NCBI RefSeq assembly: GCF_902713615.1
Contig: NC_052155.1
Span: 163,531,828-163,595,827, forward strand
Source: Scyliorhinus canicula
Taxonomy: Eukaryota
DNA length: 64,000 nt
Reading direction: 5' to 3'
Shown piece after piece: positions 49,499 through 61,300 of this stretch. The notes beneath the pieces are model-generated. The model ran no database searches. It had not been told where the DNA came from and saw nothing but the letters and a program-made list of their open reading frames with translations. Numbering within the stretch: the first letter of the stretch is position 1; each line of letters opens with the position of its first letter. Position numbers and translations under genes: made by a program.

Positions 49499-51344
49499 GT
49501 AAAATACATTACTGCTACCCGATAGAATTATCATAATTTGACAAAGATCTTTGAGTTTATGAAATTAGTAACATTTGATAAAAATGTTTCTCATATTTGA
49601 TTAACATAACTTTTAATTTAGATCTTTGCTAATTATTGTGTGGAAAATTTGAAACCAGCTAATTTCATCATATGTATTATTTAGAAGAGGGAAAAGCATG
49701 TTACTCCACCTGACACCACATCGAACCAGTTGCTGCAATTAATTCACTACCCTCACACAGCATCTGGAATTCTTATAAATCTTCTCAATAGCTGCAACCA
49801 TCCTTGCTGGGATGCATATGGAAAGACCTTTCCAAAGTAAGCTCTGATGTAACCTATAAATATCTTGGTGAAGTCAATAAAGTTGTTGGCAAGGGAATGC
49901 ATGGTGCTCTTAGAAGTTTTCAATAATGTGCCATTGTGTAAAATTCTGCTTGGCACAAGCGCGTTTTGGTCTGAAGCCTTAAAAACATTTGACGCCGAAA
50001 CGTCCCTCTGCCGAAAAATTCCTCCGTAGAATCGGCTACACCAAATGGGCCACGCCGAACTGGCCACGCCGAACTGGCCACGCCGGAACGTCCCATTCCC
50101 TTGTGAGACACACATGTGGTGGGAGGTGTGAGGGAGGGGTTAGGGTTGAGGAAGGGCTGGAGAGTTCACATGGCGATTTGGGGGGTGGATGCTCTTTTGC
50201 GCAGGGTGCGGAGGGGGGTCTGGGGGCTTTGATGTCTACTCACTCGTGCTACCCGGTGTAGCTCGTTGACCTTTTTCCAGCACTGAAGGCCAGTACTCCT
50301 GGTCACATTCCCCGAGCTGACAGCTGCCGCCACCTCATCCAGGCAGCACTGGCTGACTTGTGGCTGACTCTACAGGGCCCTCGGGGGAACAGGACATCCC
50401 TCCTGGCCTCCACCCCATCTGGGGCCTCGCCAGGTCAGCATCTCCGAATCTTGGGGCCGGCCTCCTGGGCGCCTTGGGCGCGATTCTCTGCTCCAGCGGC
50501 AGAGTGTCGGCTCCGGCGTCAAAACGGGAGTGTTTCACTCAGTGGTCAGCGCTCGTTCCGGGACCCCATTCTGCGCTGTACAAGAGGCTAGCAGAGGTGC
50601 GGCGGGGGGCGTGGCAGGAGGCATGGAGACGCGGTGTCATGCAATCGACACAATGCCTCGTCGCACATAAGGTGACGCAAACGTACAGGCTGCCGATGGA
50701 GCAACATGGCGCCACACCGAGCAGCGCCCCAGTTCATCGACCACGACCTGGAGACGCTCCTGGACGCCCTCGAGGAGAGGAGGAGGTGTCTGTACCCTGG
50801 ACCCAGCCAGAGGGTCCCACCCAACGTGGCCCAGCGTCTGTGGAGGGAGGTGGGCACGGCCGTCAGTGCCATTGCGTTGACACCCAGGACTGGCGAGCAG
50901 TGTCGCAAGAAGCTCAGCGACCTACTGAGGGCAGCCGGGGTGAGTACCCAGCAATGTGCCCATGGCTCCAACCCACCTACACCACACATCTGTGACACCC
51001 ACCCCCTCCCTAGGGGACGGTACAACCACAGCCGTGACCCGCATGGCTGCAGCCACCTATGCAAGCCGCGTTGGCCGTGTGTCCTGTGCACCCATGCCAA
51101 CATAGATCCAGCCGCATGCATCGGACCACCTAACAATGCTGTCATTCCCCCCCCCCCCCTCCCCCAGGAGAAGAGGGCCCATAACCAACGGGAGCGAGCC
51201 CGAACCGGAGGGGGTGAACCTGATTTGCGACCCCTCACCGTGCACGAGCTGAAGGCACTGGGCATAGCTAGTTCACCCAAGGACCGGGAGATTGCCCATG
51301 CCGAGATGGGGTTGCGCCACCAAGTGAGATCCCCCCCCCGGCCT

Positions 51345-52060
51345 GGCCCCTTTCCCCTCAGCAGTCTCTCCTCAGCACACTATCCCCAGCACTCTCCCCT
51401 CAGGACTCTCCCCTCAGCACTCTGCCCTCAGCTCTTTCCCCTCAACCCTTTCCCCTCAGCCCTTTCCCCTCAGCACTCTCCCCTCAGCACTCTCCCCTCA
51501 TTCCTTTCCCCTCAGCACTCTCCCCTCATCCCTCTCCCCTCAGCACTCTCCCCTCAGCACTCTGCCCTCAGCTCTTTCCCCTCAACCCTTTCCCCTCAGC
51601 CCTTTCCCCTCAGCACTCTCCCCTCAGCACTCTCCCCTCATTCCTTTCCCCTCAGCACTCTCCCCTCAGCACTCTCCCCTCAGCACTCTCCCCTCAGCTC
51701 TTTCCCCTCAACCCTTTCCCCTCAGCCCTTTCCCCTCAGCACTCTCCCCTCAACACTCTCCCCTCAGCACTCTCCCCTCATTCCTTTCCCCTCAGCACTC
51801 TCCCCTCAGCCCTCTCCCCTCAGCACTCTCCCCTCAGCACTCTGCCCTCAGCTCTTTCCCCTCAACCCTTTCCCCTCAGCCCTTTCCCCTCAGCACTCTC
51901 CCCTCAGCACTCTCCCCTCATTCCTTTCCCCTCAGCCCTTTCCCCTCAGCACTCTCCCCTCAGCACTCTCCCCTCAGCACTCTCCCCTCTTCCTTTCCCC
52001 TCAGCATTCTCCCCTCAGCTCTTTTCCCTCAACCCTTTCCCCTCAGCACTCCCCCTCACC
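51345..52060. repeat. 14-bp pyrimidine-rich minisatellite (CCCCTCAGCACTCT)n, apparently within a Harbinger Myb intron
   Basis: About 50 tandem units, directly visible. Confidence 0.95.
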
Positions 52061-52319
52061 CTTTACCGCGACCCACAGCCCCCTCCACCTGCCTAACCAT
52101 GATGGTGTATTGTGTGTCGCAGGGCCATGCGGTGACCAACGTGGAGCACCTGGCAGATACCGCCCGCATCCAGCGCCTGGACGGCAAGCCGACGCAAATC
52201 AACCAGGCGCATCAGGCTTACACCGCCCCCGGCCAGCGCCTGAACGGCCAGCCCACAGGGACTCTAGCAGCGATGGGGTGGGCAGCTCCAACAACAGCCC
52301 TCCAGCCCAGTTCAATGAC

Positions 52320-52590
52320 AACACGATGACCCAGGACACCAGCACACAGGGGACAGTCAAGCACGACACGACAACACAGGACACAAGCACACAGGGGACA
52401 GACAGACATGACACGACGACACAGGACACAAATACACAGGGACAGACAGGCACGACATGACAACACAGGACACAAGCACACAGGGAACAGACAGGCACGA
52501 CACGACGATACAGGACACTAGCACACAGGGCACAGACAGGCACGACACGACGACACAGGACATGAGCACAGAGGGCACAGACAGACATGA
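52320..52590. repeat. 39-bp tandem repeat (13-aa unit TTTQDTSTQGTDRHD-like)
   Basis: About 6-7 units visible. Confidence 0.85.
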
Positions 52591-53850
52591 AAGAACGCAA
52601 CGCAACACCACCATGGAGGGGATGGACATACAGGACATGGCACCCCAGGGGACCCCCCCACTACAGGTCCGATGAAGACACTGAGGTTGCGTCACAGCTG
52701 TCCCCTGCACCATCCGCCACCGCAGATACTCTCACCTCGGTTGGCCATTTTATTGGTGAGGCTTCTGGGACACTAACTGGTGCACACCACACAGCCGCTC
52801 CGGTACAGCAGGTGGAGGTAGGAGCAGCCGAGGGGCCGGACGGTCAGAGGGCAGCCCAGCCCCGGCAAACACCTGCCACCCAGACGGGTCCCGGGTTCCT
52901 GGAATTCCCCCGCCCACCTATAGACCCGATGCAGTCAGGGACCCAGGGGCGTGAGAAGGTGACGGCCAGTTTCCAGCACCTGCAGACACAAGTGCAGGAG
53001 TGCATCTGCGTCCAGGAGCAGGAAATGGTGCCAGTCATGAGTGCCACACGGGCGAGCACCGCATGGGCGGCATCCGCAGTGGAAACAATGGTGGCGACGG
53101 TGTCGGGCATGCGACTGAGTTAGCGGGACCTAGTGCTATCTGTGCACGCGGCCTCCGCGGCCCAGGACAGGGCTGCTGACTCACAGGCAGCCATGAGCCA
53201 GGGCCAGTTGAACATCGCAGAGGCGCTCAACAACTTGGCACGGTCTCAGCAGACCATCGCTGAGAGCATCAGCGCCATTTTGTGGGTGATTGCCGGCGTT
53301 ATACAGAACCAGACAGGGATGGTGAACTCCCTGAGCTCCATGGCTGCGAACGTCCAGACCCTGGTCGATACCAGCATGGGCCTCCAGGACTGGCAGCGCC
53401 AGGTGATGCCGGTGCCCCAGGTGCTGGATCCACTCGCACCCCCATCCCACGGAGAGCTCCAGGGGCCACCAGGCACCCCGGGGGCGGGGGGGGTGGGGGG
53501 GGGGGTGGGGAGAGGAGAAGCTGGGGAGGTGCCAGAACCCTGCACCACCTCGGACTCCCCTCCCCCCCCACACCCGCCATCCCTGGTGCATCTGGTGGGC
53601 AGCGGGCAGAACAGGGTGGCACCACGCCACCCCAATTGCCCGAGGTTCAGCCTGGCCCATCCAGGCCAGGCCGCCCCAGGAAATAGCTGCCAAAGGGGAC
53701 CCTTGTCACAGGGCAGGAATCAGATTAGTCCACCTCCAGTTCTGCTGTACCGTCTGGGGGAACACTGAGACATAATCATAGGGCCCATAAGGCCAGAAAG
53801 GTAGACACGGATGAGTAAGTTGGCACGGGTGCAGGGCACAGAATAGTTAA

Positions 53851-54083
53851 ATGTTGTGCAGGACACAGCAGACCACGACAACGCGGCCGACCCTCTCCGG
53901 CGGGTACTGGAGGGCCTACCCAGAGCGGTCCAGGCACCTGAAGCGGCCCAGCAGCACAAGGCACCTCTCGACCACACTCCTGGTTGCTGCATGGGCATCA
54001 TTGTAGCGGTGCTCCGCGACGGTCTGTGGCCTCCGTATAGGGGTCATCATCCACGACCGCAACGGATAACCCCTGTCGCCCAG
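53851..54083 (-). pseudogene. Harbinger (HARBI1-like) DDE transposase C-terminal fragment, convergent with the Myb gene
   Basis: Minus strand reads LGDRGYPLRSWMMTPIRRPQTVAEHRYNDAHAATRSVVERC..RFRCLDRSG*ALQYPPERVGRVVVVCCVLHN; cut by the Gmr1-like insertion at 54084. Confidence 0.9.
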
Positions 54084-54275
54084 TGTCATGTGAGAGTACC
54101 TTTCAGAAATGAGTGTTTATTACTGCAGTGATGTCAGGCAGTGGGTGGAGCTGGGCTGTCTGTGTGCTTTACTTTCGCTTTTGAGCAGGCTGCAATAGAG
54201 TGGGGTTTTAGTTTTGTTTTCAGAGAAAGCCAGCAGATGTGCATGGATCTCTCTGCAAGCTAAAGAGTGTTTATT

Positions 54276-54456
54276 TGAAATTGAAATAGAAAATCGCTTA
54301 TTGTCACGTGTAGGCTTCAATGAAGTTACTGTGAAAAGTCCCTAGTCGCCACACATTCCGGCACCTGTCCGGGGAGGCTGGTAGGGGAATCGATCGTGCT
54401 GCTGACCTGCTTGGTCTCCGTTAAAAGCCAGCGATTTAGCCCAGTGAGCTAAACCA
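54276..54456 (-). mobile_element. Short tRNA-derived SINE of a second family (a related tail also lies at about 24288-24397)
   Basis: Minus strand TGGTTTAGCTCACTGGGCTAAATCGC (A-box-like) ... TTTTCACAGTAACTTCATTGAAGCCTAC..GTGACAATAAGCG tail. Absent from the sister LTR. Confidence 0.75.
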
Positions 54457-54501
54457 GTGATTTCAAAGGAATAACTGATCTCATTCAAGAATTTAAACCT
54501 G

Positions 54502-55184
54502 GGAGAGTGATCTCCCGCAATCGGCACGGCAGGTCGTACCGGCGCCAAAGAGTGGCGTGAACCACTCCGGCGTCGGGCTGCCCGGAAGGTGCGGAATTCT
54601 CCGCACTTTCGTGGGCCAGGCCGGCGCTGGAGTAATTGGCGCTGCGCCAACCAATGCCGAAGGACCTCCACCGGCCGCCACGAGTAGGCACATGCGCAGG
54701 AGCGCCAGCATGTTCTGGCACATGAGCAGAACCACTGCCGTAATTCCTGTGCATGCGCAGGGGGTTTATTCTCCGCGCCGGCCGTCGTGGAGCCTCACAC
54801 AGGCCGACGCGGAGGGAAAGAGAGCGCCCACGGCACAGGCCCGCCCGCAGATCGGTGGGCCCTGGTCGCGGGCCAGGCCACCGTGGGGGCCCCCCCGGAG
54901 CCGGATTCCACCCCCCCCCCGAGGACTGCGCAAGCCTCCCTCAAAACCAGGTCCCGCCGGTATGGACCTTGTCCATTTCACGCCGGCGGGACTGGCCGAA
55001 CACGGGTGGCTGCCTGGCCCATCGGGGCCTGGAGAATCGCCGGGGGGGGGGCACTGTCAACGGCCCCTGACCGCGCGGCGCGATCCCTGCCCCCACCCAG
55101 AAACCGGCGTCGGAGCGGTGGGGCGGGATTTACGCTTCCCCCGGCGATTCTCCAACCCAGCGGGGGAATCGGAGAATACCACCC
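54502..55184. mobile_element. Harbinger-type MITE inserted in the 5' LTR of the Gmr1-like element
   Basis: TSD CTG, confirmed by the empty site (TTTAAACCTGATC) in the 3' LTR near 59330. Confidence 0.88.
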
Positions 55185-55436
55185 CTGATCTCTGTGTTAA
55201 AAGGGTCTTTTGTCTTCTGGATGTTGTTCAGGAATTTATTAAGGATTACTTAGTGTTGTATTCTTTGGGGGATGTATTTGAATTAATGGTTGCTGAGATG
55301 TTCACTGTATGTTGTAAAAAGTTTAACTTGAGTTTATAGAATAGACATTGTTTTGCTTTAAAAAATACTTTTCCATTTCTGCTGTACCACACCTGTAGAG
55401 TGGGCCGTGTTCTCTAAACACTGGCCCATAACAAAT

Positions 55437-55454
55437 TGGGGGCTCGAGCGGGAT
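55437..55454 (+). promoter_or_regulatory. tRNA-Pro primer-binding site
   Basis: TGGGGGCTCGAGCGGGAT versus canonical TGGGGGCTCGTCCGGGAT (2 mismatches), 3 nt after the LTR end. Confidence 0.85.
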
Positions 55455-58400
55455 AAAAGTCTATCTATTGGATTGGCTTAGTGAACTTAAAGACAGTGAG
55501 GGATGAGCATATCGTGGTTGCTTTTCAGGTGTGGTATTCCAGTTTAAGTAGGGAGTGTGTTGTGGACAATGGCTCTTCCAGAGGCTGTGAAGTTTTTGGG
55601 GGTGGAGACGGTCATACGTAATACCTTACGGACAGAGACCAAAAGCAGACTGTTAGATTTGGCAAAAACATTGCAGTTAACTTTACCTGACAAAATGCGA
55701 AAAAGATGAGGTAATTATGGCGGTGGCTAAGCATTTAAGGTTGCAGAAGGTACAGTTTGAATCATTGGAAATGGCAAAAATTCAGTTACAAATGAAACAA
55801 ATGGAACATGAGAAAGAATTAAAGCAGCTTGAAAACGAAACTGAGAGGGAGGAAAAATATAGAGAGATATAGAGGAAAAAGAAGAGCGATAGAGAGGACA
55901 AGGAAAAGGAGAGAGAAGAAAGGAGAAAAGAAAGAATAGCCCTAGTAGAACAAAAATAAAGAGAAAGGGAGATACAGGTCAGGGAAAAAGATAAATAATA
56001 AGGGGAGTGTACCTCAGACTAAAAAAGAAATCCAGGATAGTGGAAAAGACATGAAAAGTTTCTAATGTTTTCACTGTAATAAACTAGGCCATGTAAAGTC
56101 ACAGTGTTGGTGGTTGAAGAAATGCACTGGGAAGTCTGATGTGGTAAAACAGGATAAGACAGTGGGGTTTGTTAAGTGGGAAAGGAAAGCCCAAGGAAAA
56201 TGAAGGAGGTGCAAAAGATTGTACAACTTGAACAAGAGGTGATTGATAAGAAGGTGCCAGATGTCTTTAAAGAATTTACTTGTGTGGGTAAAGTTTACTC
56301 ATGATATTAGGAGGAGCAGGTAAAGAAGTCACAATTTTAAGAGATAAGGGAGCTGGTCAATCTTTAATGGTAAGAGATGAGGAGTAATGTAGTTTGGGAA
56401 GAATATTGCCAGAAAAGGTGGTAATATGTGGAATTCAGGGTGAGAGAAGTAGTGTTCCATTACATAAGGTAAGGTTGGAAAGTCCAGTGAAGAGTGGTGA
56501 AGTGGTAGTAGGAGTAATAGAGAAACGATCTTGTCCAGGAATACAGTTTATCTTGTGTAATGATATAACTGGATCGCAGGTGGGAGTGATGCCTACTGTG
56601 GTTGATAAGCCAGTGGAAAATCAGACAACTGAAGCGTTGAAGGACGAATTTTCTATGATTTTTACAGATTGTGCAGTAACAAGGTCGCAAAGTCACTTGT
56701 TAAGACAAGAGAAGAAATCAAAGAGTGAAAATGAAGTTGAAGTGCCATTATCAGAAATTATTTTTGATCAGATCGTTGAAGAAGAACAAGAACAGGTGGA
56801 GGATGAGGTGGATATTTTTAGTTCAGAAAAATTGCCAGTTACAACATAAATATGTAGTAATAAAATGGATATATCAGAAAACATATACGGAAGAGAAATC
56901 TTGAGTGTATACCGGAGTGTTATTACTGTAAAAGTGATGTCTTGAGAAAATGGAGACCTTTACATATGCAGGCGGATGAAAAGTGGGCAGAAGTTCATCA
57001 AGTAGTATTGCCGGAAGGGTATAGAAAGGAGGAGTTGCGAGTTGCACATGAGGTACCAGTGGGAGGTCATTTGGAAACAAGGAAAACTCAAGCTAAGATC
57101 CAGAAACATTTTTATTGGCCTGGAATACATAAAGATGCAGTTAAATTTTGTCAATCATGTCACATATGTCAAGTGATAGGGAAACCTCAAGTAGTGATAA
57201 AACCAGCACCCTTAATACCTATTCCAGCATTTGAGGAACCTTTTTAAAGTGTCCTAATTGAATGTGTAGGACCGCTTCCTAAAACAAAAAGTGGGAATCA
57301 ATATCTTTTGACGATAATGGATGTGTCGACTAGGTTTCCAGAGGCCATTCCAGTACATAATGTTACAGCTAAAAAGATTGTGGAGGAGTTACTTATATTC
57401 TTTACTAGATATGGACTACCCTCAGAAATACAATCAGATCAAGAATCAAATTTTACCTCAAGGTTATTCAAAGAAGTTATGGATAGTTTAGGAAGAAAAC
57501 AATTTAAATCAACTGCGTACCATCCAGAATCGCAGGGAGCGTTAGAAAGAGATTCCCTGTGCTATCAGTGGTAGGTGAACCTTTAAAAGCAAGGTTTTCT
57601 AGACCTTATCAGATTGAAAGGTAATTAAGTGAGGTGAATTATGTGGTAAAAACACCAGATAGAAGGAAGACTCATCGAGTGTGTCATGAGGATATGCTTA
57701 AAAGGTACTTTGAAAGGGAAGGAGAGAAAATGGAGGAGACTCTAATGATTCTAACTCAAAGTGACGAACCAAATCCAGATGACTGTGAATTTGACATACC
57801 TTAAATTAAATTGGAAAGTGAGGATATTCTTAAAAATTGGGATAAATAGTTGAGTTACCTTCCAGAGGAAAAACGGACTGACCTGAAATGAAGTACTAAA
57901 ATGGTTATACATGATATAGATGTGGGAAATGCTGTTCCAATCAAACAACATCCATACAGACTTAGCTCTTTAAAATTGGCACAAGTTAACAAAGAGATTG
58001 AGAGTCTGCTTAAAAATGGCATAATTGAAGTGGGTTGCTGCCAATGGTGCTCACCCATAGTGATGGTACCTAAACCGGACGGTACCCAATGGTTTTGTGT
58101 GGACTATAGAAAGGTTAATGCAGTTACAAGAACGGACCCGTATTCTATTTCACATTTGGAGGATTGCATTGAGAAAGTGGGACAGTCAGCTTTTATTACC
58201 AAACTGGATTTAATTAAATGTTACTGGCAGGTACCTTTATCCGAAAGGGCGAAGGAGATTTCAGTTTTTGTGTCTCCAGATGGTACACACCAATTCAAAG
58301 TCATGCCATTTAGCATGAAAAATGCCCACATTTCAACGGTTAACTAACAAAGTCGTTTCAAGATTACCCAATTGTGCGGTATACATCGACGATCTGGTAA

Positions 58401-59460
58401 TCTTCAGCCAGAGAGGGAAAGAACATGTAAAACATCTGATTGAGTTATTCGATCGACTTCAGGAGGCGGGTTTGGTGGTAAATCTAACCAAAAATGAATT
58501 TGGAAAAGCCCAAGTCACCTTCCTTGGCCATACAAATGGGCAGGGTCAAATGGTCACATGGGATGTGAAGACAACAGTTATTGAGGAGTTTCCAATACCC
58601 TCGACACGAAGGGAAATAATGCGATTTCTTGGCATGAGTGGATTTGATCGAACTTTTGTGCAAAATGTTAGGAGCGTGGTTGCTCCACTGATGGACGTGC
58701 TGAAGAAACATTGAAAATTACAGTGGACAGCGGAGTTTCAACAGGCATTTGACTGCCTGAAAGCTGTGATAACCAATGCTCCTGTGTTGGAGAATTACAA
58801 GGGACCCTGTGATCAGATTGAACTAAAATATCTGACTTTAAAGAGAAATGCCGAGGCGTAGAGAAATGGACGGATCGTGCAGAGACCTTCTTGTTCAAAG
58901 AGACTATCAATCAAGAGGGTTTCCAGTTGGAGGAGGAACAAAAAGGGACTATATAATTGTACCTGTTTGCATGTGCTTTTTGAAACGAAAAACTATATTT
59001 ACTGTGTGTGTTTCTTAAAGGATAGTGAAAAGGTGATAAATGAAACCATCTTGAAGTTGATGGGTTTTTTTTCTTGGGTGGAGTTGCCATGTGAGAGTAC
59101 CTTTAAAAAATGGGTGTTTATTACTGCAGTGTTGTCAGAGAGTGGGTGGAGCTGGGCTGACTCTGCTTTACTTTCGTTTTTGAGCAGGCTGCTATAGAGT
59201 GAAGTTTTAATTTTGTTTTCAGAGAGCAGAGCTGCAGTGAAAGCCAGCAGATGTGCATGGATCTCTCTACAAGCTAAAGAGTGTTCATTTGGGTGATTTC
59301 AAATGAGTAACTGCTCTCATTAGAGAATTTAAACCTGATCTCTATTAAAAGGGTCTTTTGTCTTCTGGATGTTGTTTGGGAATTTATTAAGGATTACTTA
59401 GTGTTGTATTTTTTTGGGGTTGTATTTGAATTGATGGTTGCTCAGATGTTCACTGTATGT

Positions 59461-60098
59461 TTGGCACACGTCAGGACGGCCAGACCGCCTGCGCCGCGAC
59501 AGCGAACGGGTTGGGTGGACATCCGCGTGTCCGCCGTCATGGGGTCTGAACGTTAGATCCGCCCTGCCATGGCAACCCGTGGCCACCGGCAGCCTTTGTC
59601 GCTGCCACCGCCCCTTCCCCCCCCCACCCCCGGTTGTGTGGTCCGCCCCACCCCCGGATGTGTGGGCCCTCCCCCCCACCCCCGGCAGCCTCCCCCCACA
59701 CCGCCTGCAGATACTACTGTGCCGCTCCCCCTCCTCCCGGGCACCCCCCCCCCAATGCCGTCAACCACCTCCCCCCCCAACCGCCCTCACCCACATCCTT
59801 CCGCAGCGTCAGCCAGCACGACTGGTTGACGCTGATTTACAGCATGTTAGAATGGCTCCGGCGTGACATCCGGTCACGTCGGCGCGACTTCGGCCCATCC
59901 GGCCCTGAGAATACCTGCTCCATCGGAGAATCACCGCAACGGACGTTTTCGGTGATTCTCTGTGCGGCAGTGCGCCATGCGCGGGCACCCTTTTGGCACG
60001 CCTCAGAGAATGCCGTCCTGGCGTCAGAGCGGCATCACGCGATTCGCACTGCGCCAGGGCGATTCTCTGACCCAGCAGGAGGTCGGAGAATCCCGCGC
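59461..60098. mobile_element. Probable right end of the Harbinger element interrupted by the Gmr1-like element
   Basis: GC-rich; ends in the family TIR GGAGAATCCCGCGC. Confidence 0.65.
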
Positions 60099-60679
60099 CT
60101 CATTTGCGAGCTGCCTGCGGTTGCCTGAGTAAGCGCAGATCTTGGTTAGCAAGGAAGTGTGGATGGTGCCAGGAGAAAGAAGATGGAGAAAGGGACAGGG
60201 AAGCTGGGTTCAATTCACGGCGTTCCCACTTTTTACAGTTTGTCCCTCCGCCCCTCAGAGCCCTGCATGTTGCCCCCTGTCCTGACGACCAAATCTGCTC
60301 TCGCACAGGTGCTTGTTGGCAGTCATTGATGTGGCCCTCATGGCCTACAAAACCCAAAGGATGTTCACCATCAGCATCTCCTCTGCCAGAGCAGGCCTTT
60401 ATGCAGTCTACCTTTCACACTGCTGAAGTGACAGAATAATCAGCAACAGAAGCTAAAGCTTTAATAAATGCAGCAGGAAATTCACTTGGCTGATCATAAA
60501 AATGACAAGATGTGAATGTATTGCGAAATGTAAATGTACCCTGCACTTTATTTCAAGCTTACGTAGCCCATTCCTCTCCTTTGTAGCCTCTTGTTTTGTC
60601 TTGAAGAGAATAGTATGACCAGGGTAGAAGACATGTAAAAGGGTTTAACTGAGATGGACAGACTGTGTGAATAAAATCC

Positions 60680-61300
60680 ATGGAATCCCTATCGTGCAGA
60701 AGAAGACCATTTGGCCCATCGTGGCTGCAACAACCCTCTGAAAGAGCACGTAAACTTACCTAGGTCCACTCCCCTCTCTACCCCTGTAACCCCACCTAAC
60801 CTGCACATCTTTGGACACTAAGGGTCAATTTAGCATGACCAATCCACCTAACCTGCAATCTTTGGACACTAAGGGGCAGCACGGTGGCGCAGTGAGTTAG
60901 CCCTGCAGCCTCACGGCGCTGAGGTCCCAGGTTCGATCCCGGCTCTGGGTCACTGTCCGTGTGGAGTTTGTACATTCTCCGTGTGTTTGAGTGGGGTTCG
61001 CCCCCACAACGCAAAAGATGTGCAGGCTAGGTGGATTGGACATGCTAAATTGCCCCTTAATTGGAAAAAATGAATTGGGTACTCGAAATTTAGTAAAAAC
61101 AATCTTTGGACACTAAGGGGCAATTTAGCATGACCAATCCACCCAACCTGCATTTCTTTGGACTGGAAGGAATCGGGAGCACCTAGAGGAAACCCATACA
61201 AATGCTGGGAGAATGTGCAAACTTCACACAATCACCCAAGGTTCGAATCAAACCCAGGTGGCAGGCGTTGTGAGGCAACGGTGCTAACCACTGTGCCACA
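60680..61300. mobile_element. Minus-strand HE1 SINE with a plus-strand HE1 SINE (about 60874-61099) nested in it
   Basis: CAATCTTTGGACACTAAGGGG is duplicated on both sides of the inner copy. Confidence 0.85.

Larger units (their letters stand above)
48767..50100. mobile_element. Non-autonomous Mutator-like (MULE/Foldback-type) DNA transposon carrying a host gene fragment (Pack-MULE-like)
   Basis: Perfect 9-bp direct repeat TTGTGAGAC at 48758-48766 and 50101-50109. Imperfect TIRs: left GGGTTTGGTACGTTTCGGCGTAGCTGATTCGGCGTGGCCGATTCGGCGT, right (rev-comp) GGGAATGGGACGTTCCGGCGTGGCCAGTTCGGCGTGGCCAGTTCGGCGT, both built of 14-bp subrepeats. No transposase inside. Confidence 0.85.
47360..50475 (-). 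pseudogene. Second Harbinger Myb/SANT-like gene (host of the Pack-MULE insertion, which lies in its first intron)
   Basis: Minus strand (K)APRRPAPRFGDADL...AWDEVAAAVS...QCWKKVNEL; donor GTGAGT near 50243, acceptor near 48737; downstream exon MEESQRLGEQEMV...VQSLVH. Confidence 0.75.
50706..53800 (+). pseudogene. PIF/Harbinger Myb/SANT-like (NAIF1-like) DNA-binding gene, spliced, decayed
   Basis: Exon 1 50706-50939 (MAPHRAAPQFIDHDLETLLDAL...WREV...RTGEQCRKKLSDL, GTGAGT donor); exon 2 from 51168 (EKRAHNQRERARTGGG); downstream low-complexity/coiled-coil exon with frameshifts. Confidence 0.85.
54084..59460 (+). mobile_element. Gmr1-like Ty3/Gypsy element (gag-PR-INT-RT order), decayed
   Basis: 5' LTR 54084-55433 (holds SINE and MITE insertions); tRNA-Pro-type PBS. 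Zinc knuckle CFHCNKLGHVKSQC near 56070; protease-like ILRDKGA near 56335; integrase 56942-57574 lies upstream of RT 57901-58714 (YIDD). 3' LTR from 59085, truncated near 59460. Confidence 0.88.

Noticed and set aside
50706-52460. 584-aa ORF as a novel protein
   Set aside because: It reads through splice sites and a stop-free 14-bp minisatellite; only the Myb-like exons look like real coding sequence.
51345-52590. Regular repeats as a CRISPR array
   Set aside because: Head-to-tail minisatellites without unique spacers, no cas genes, vertebrate context.
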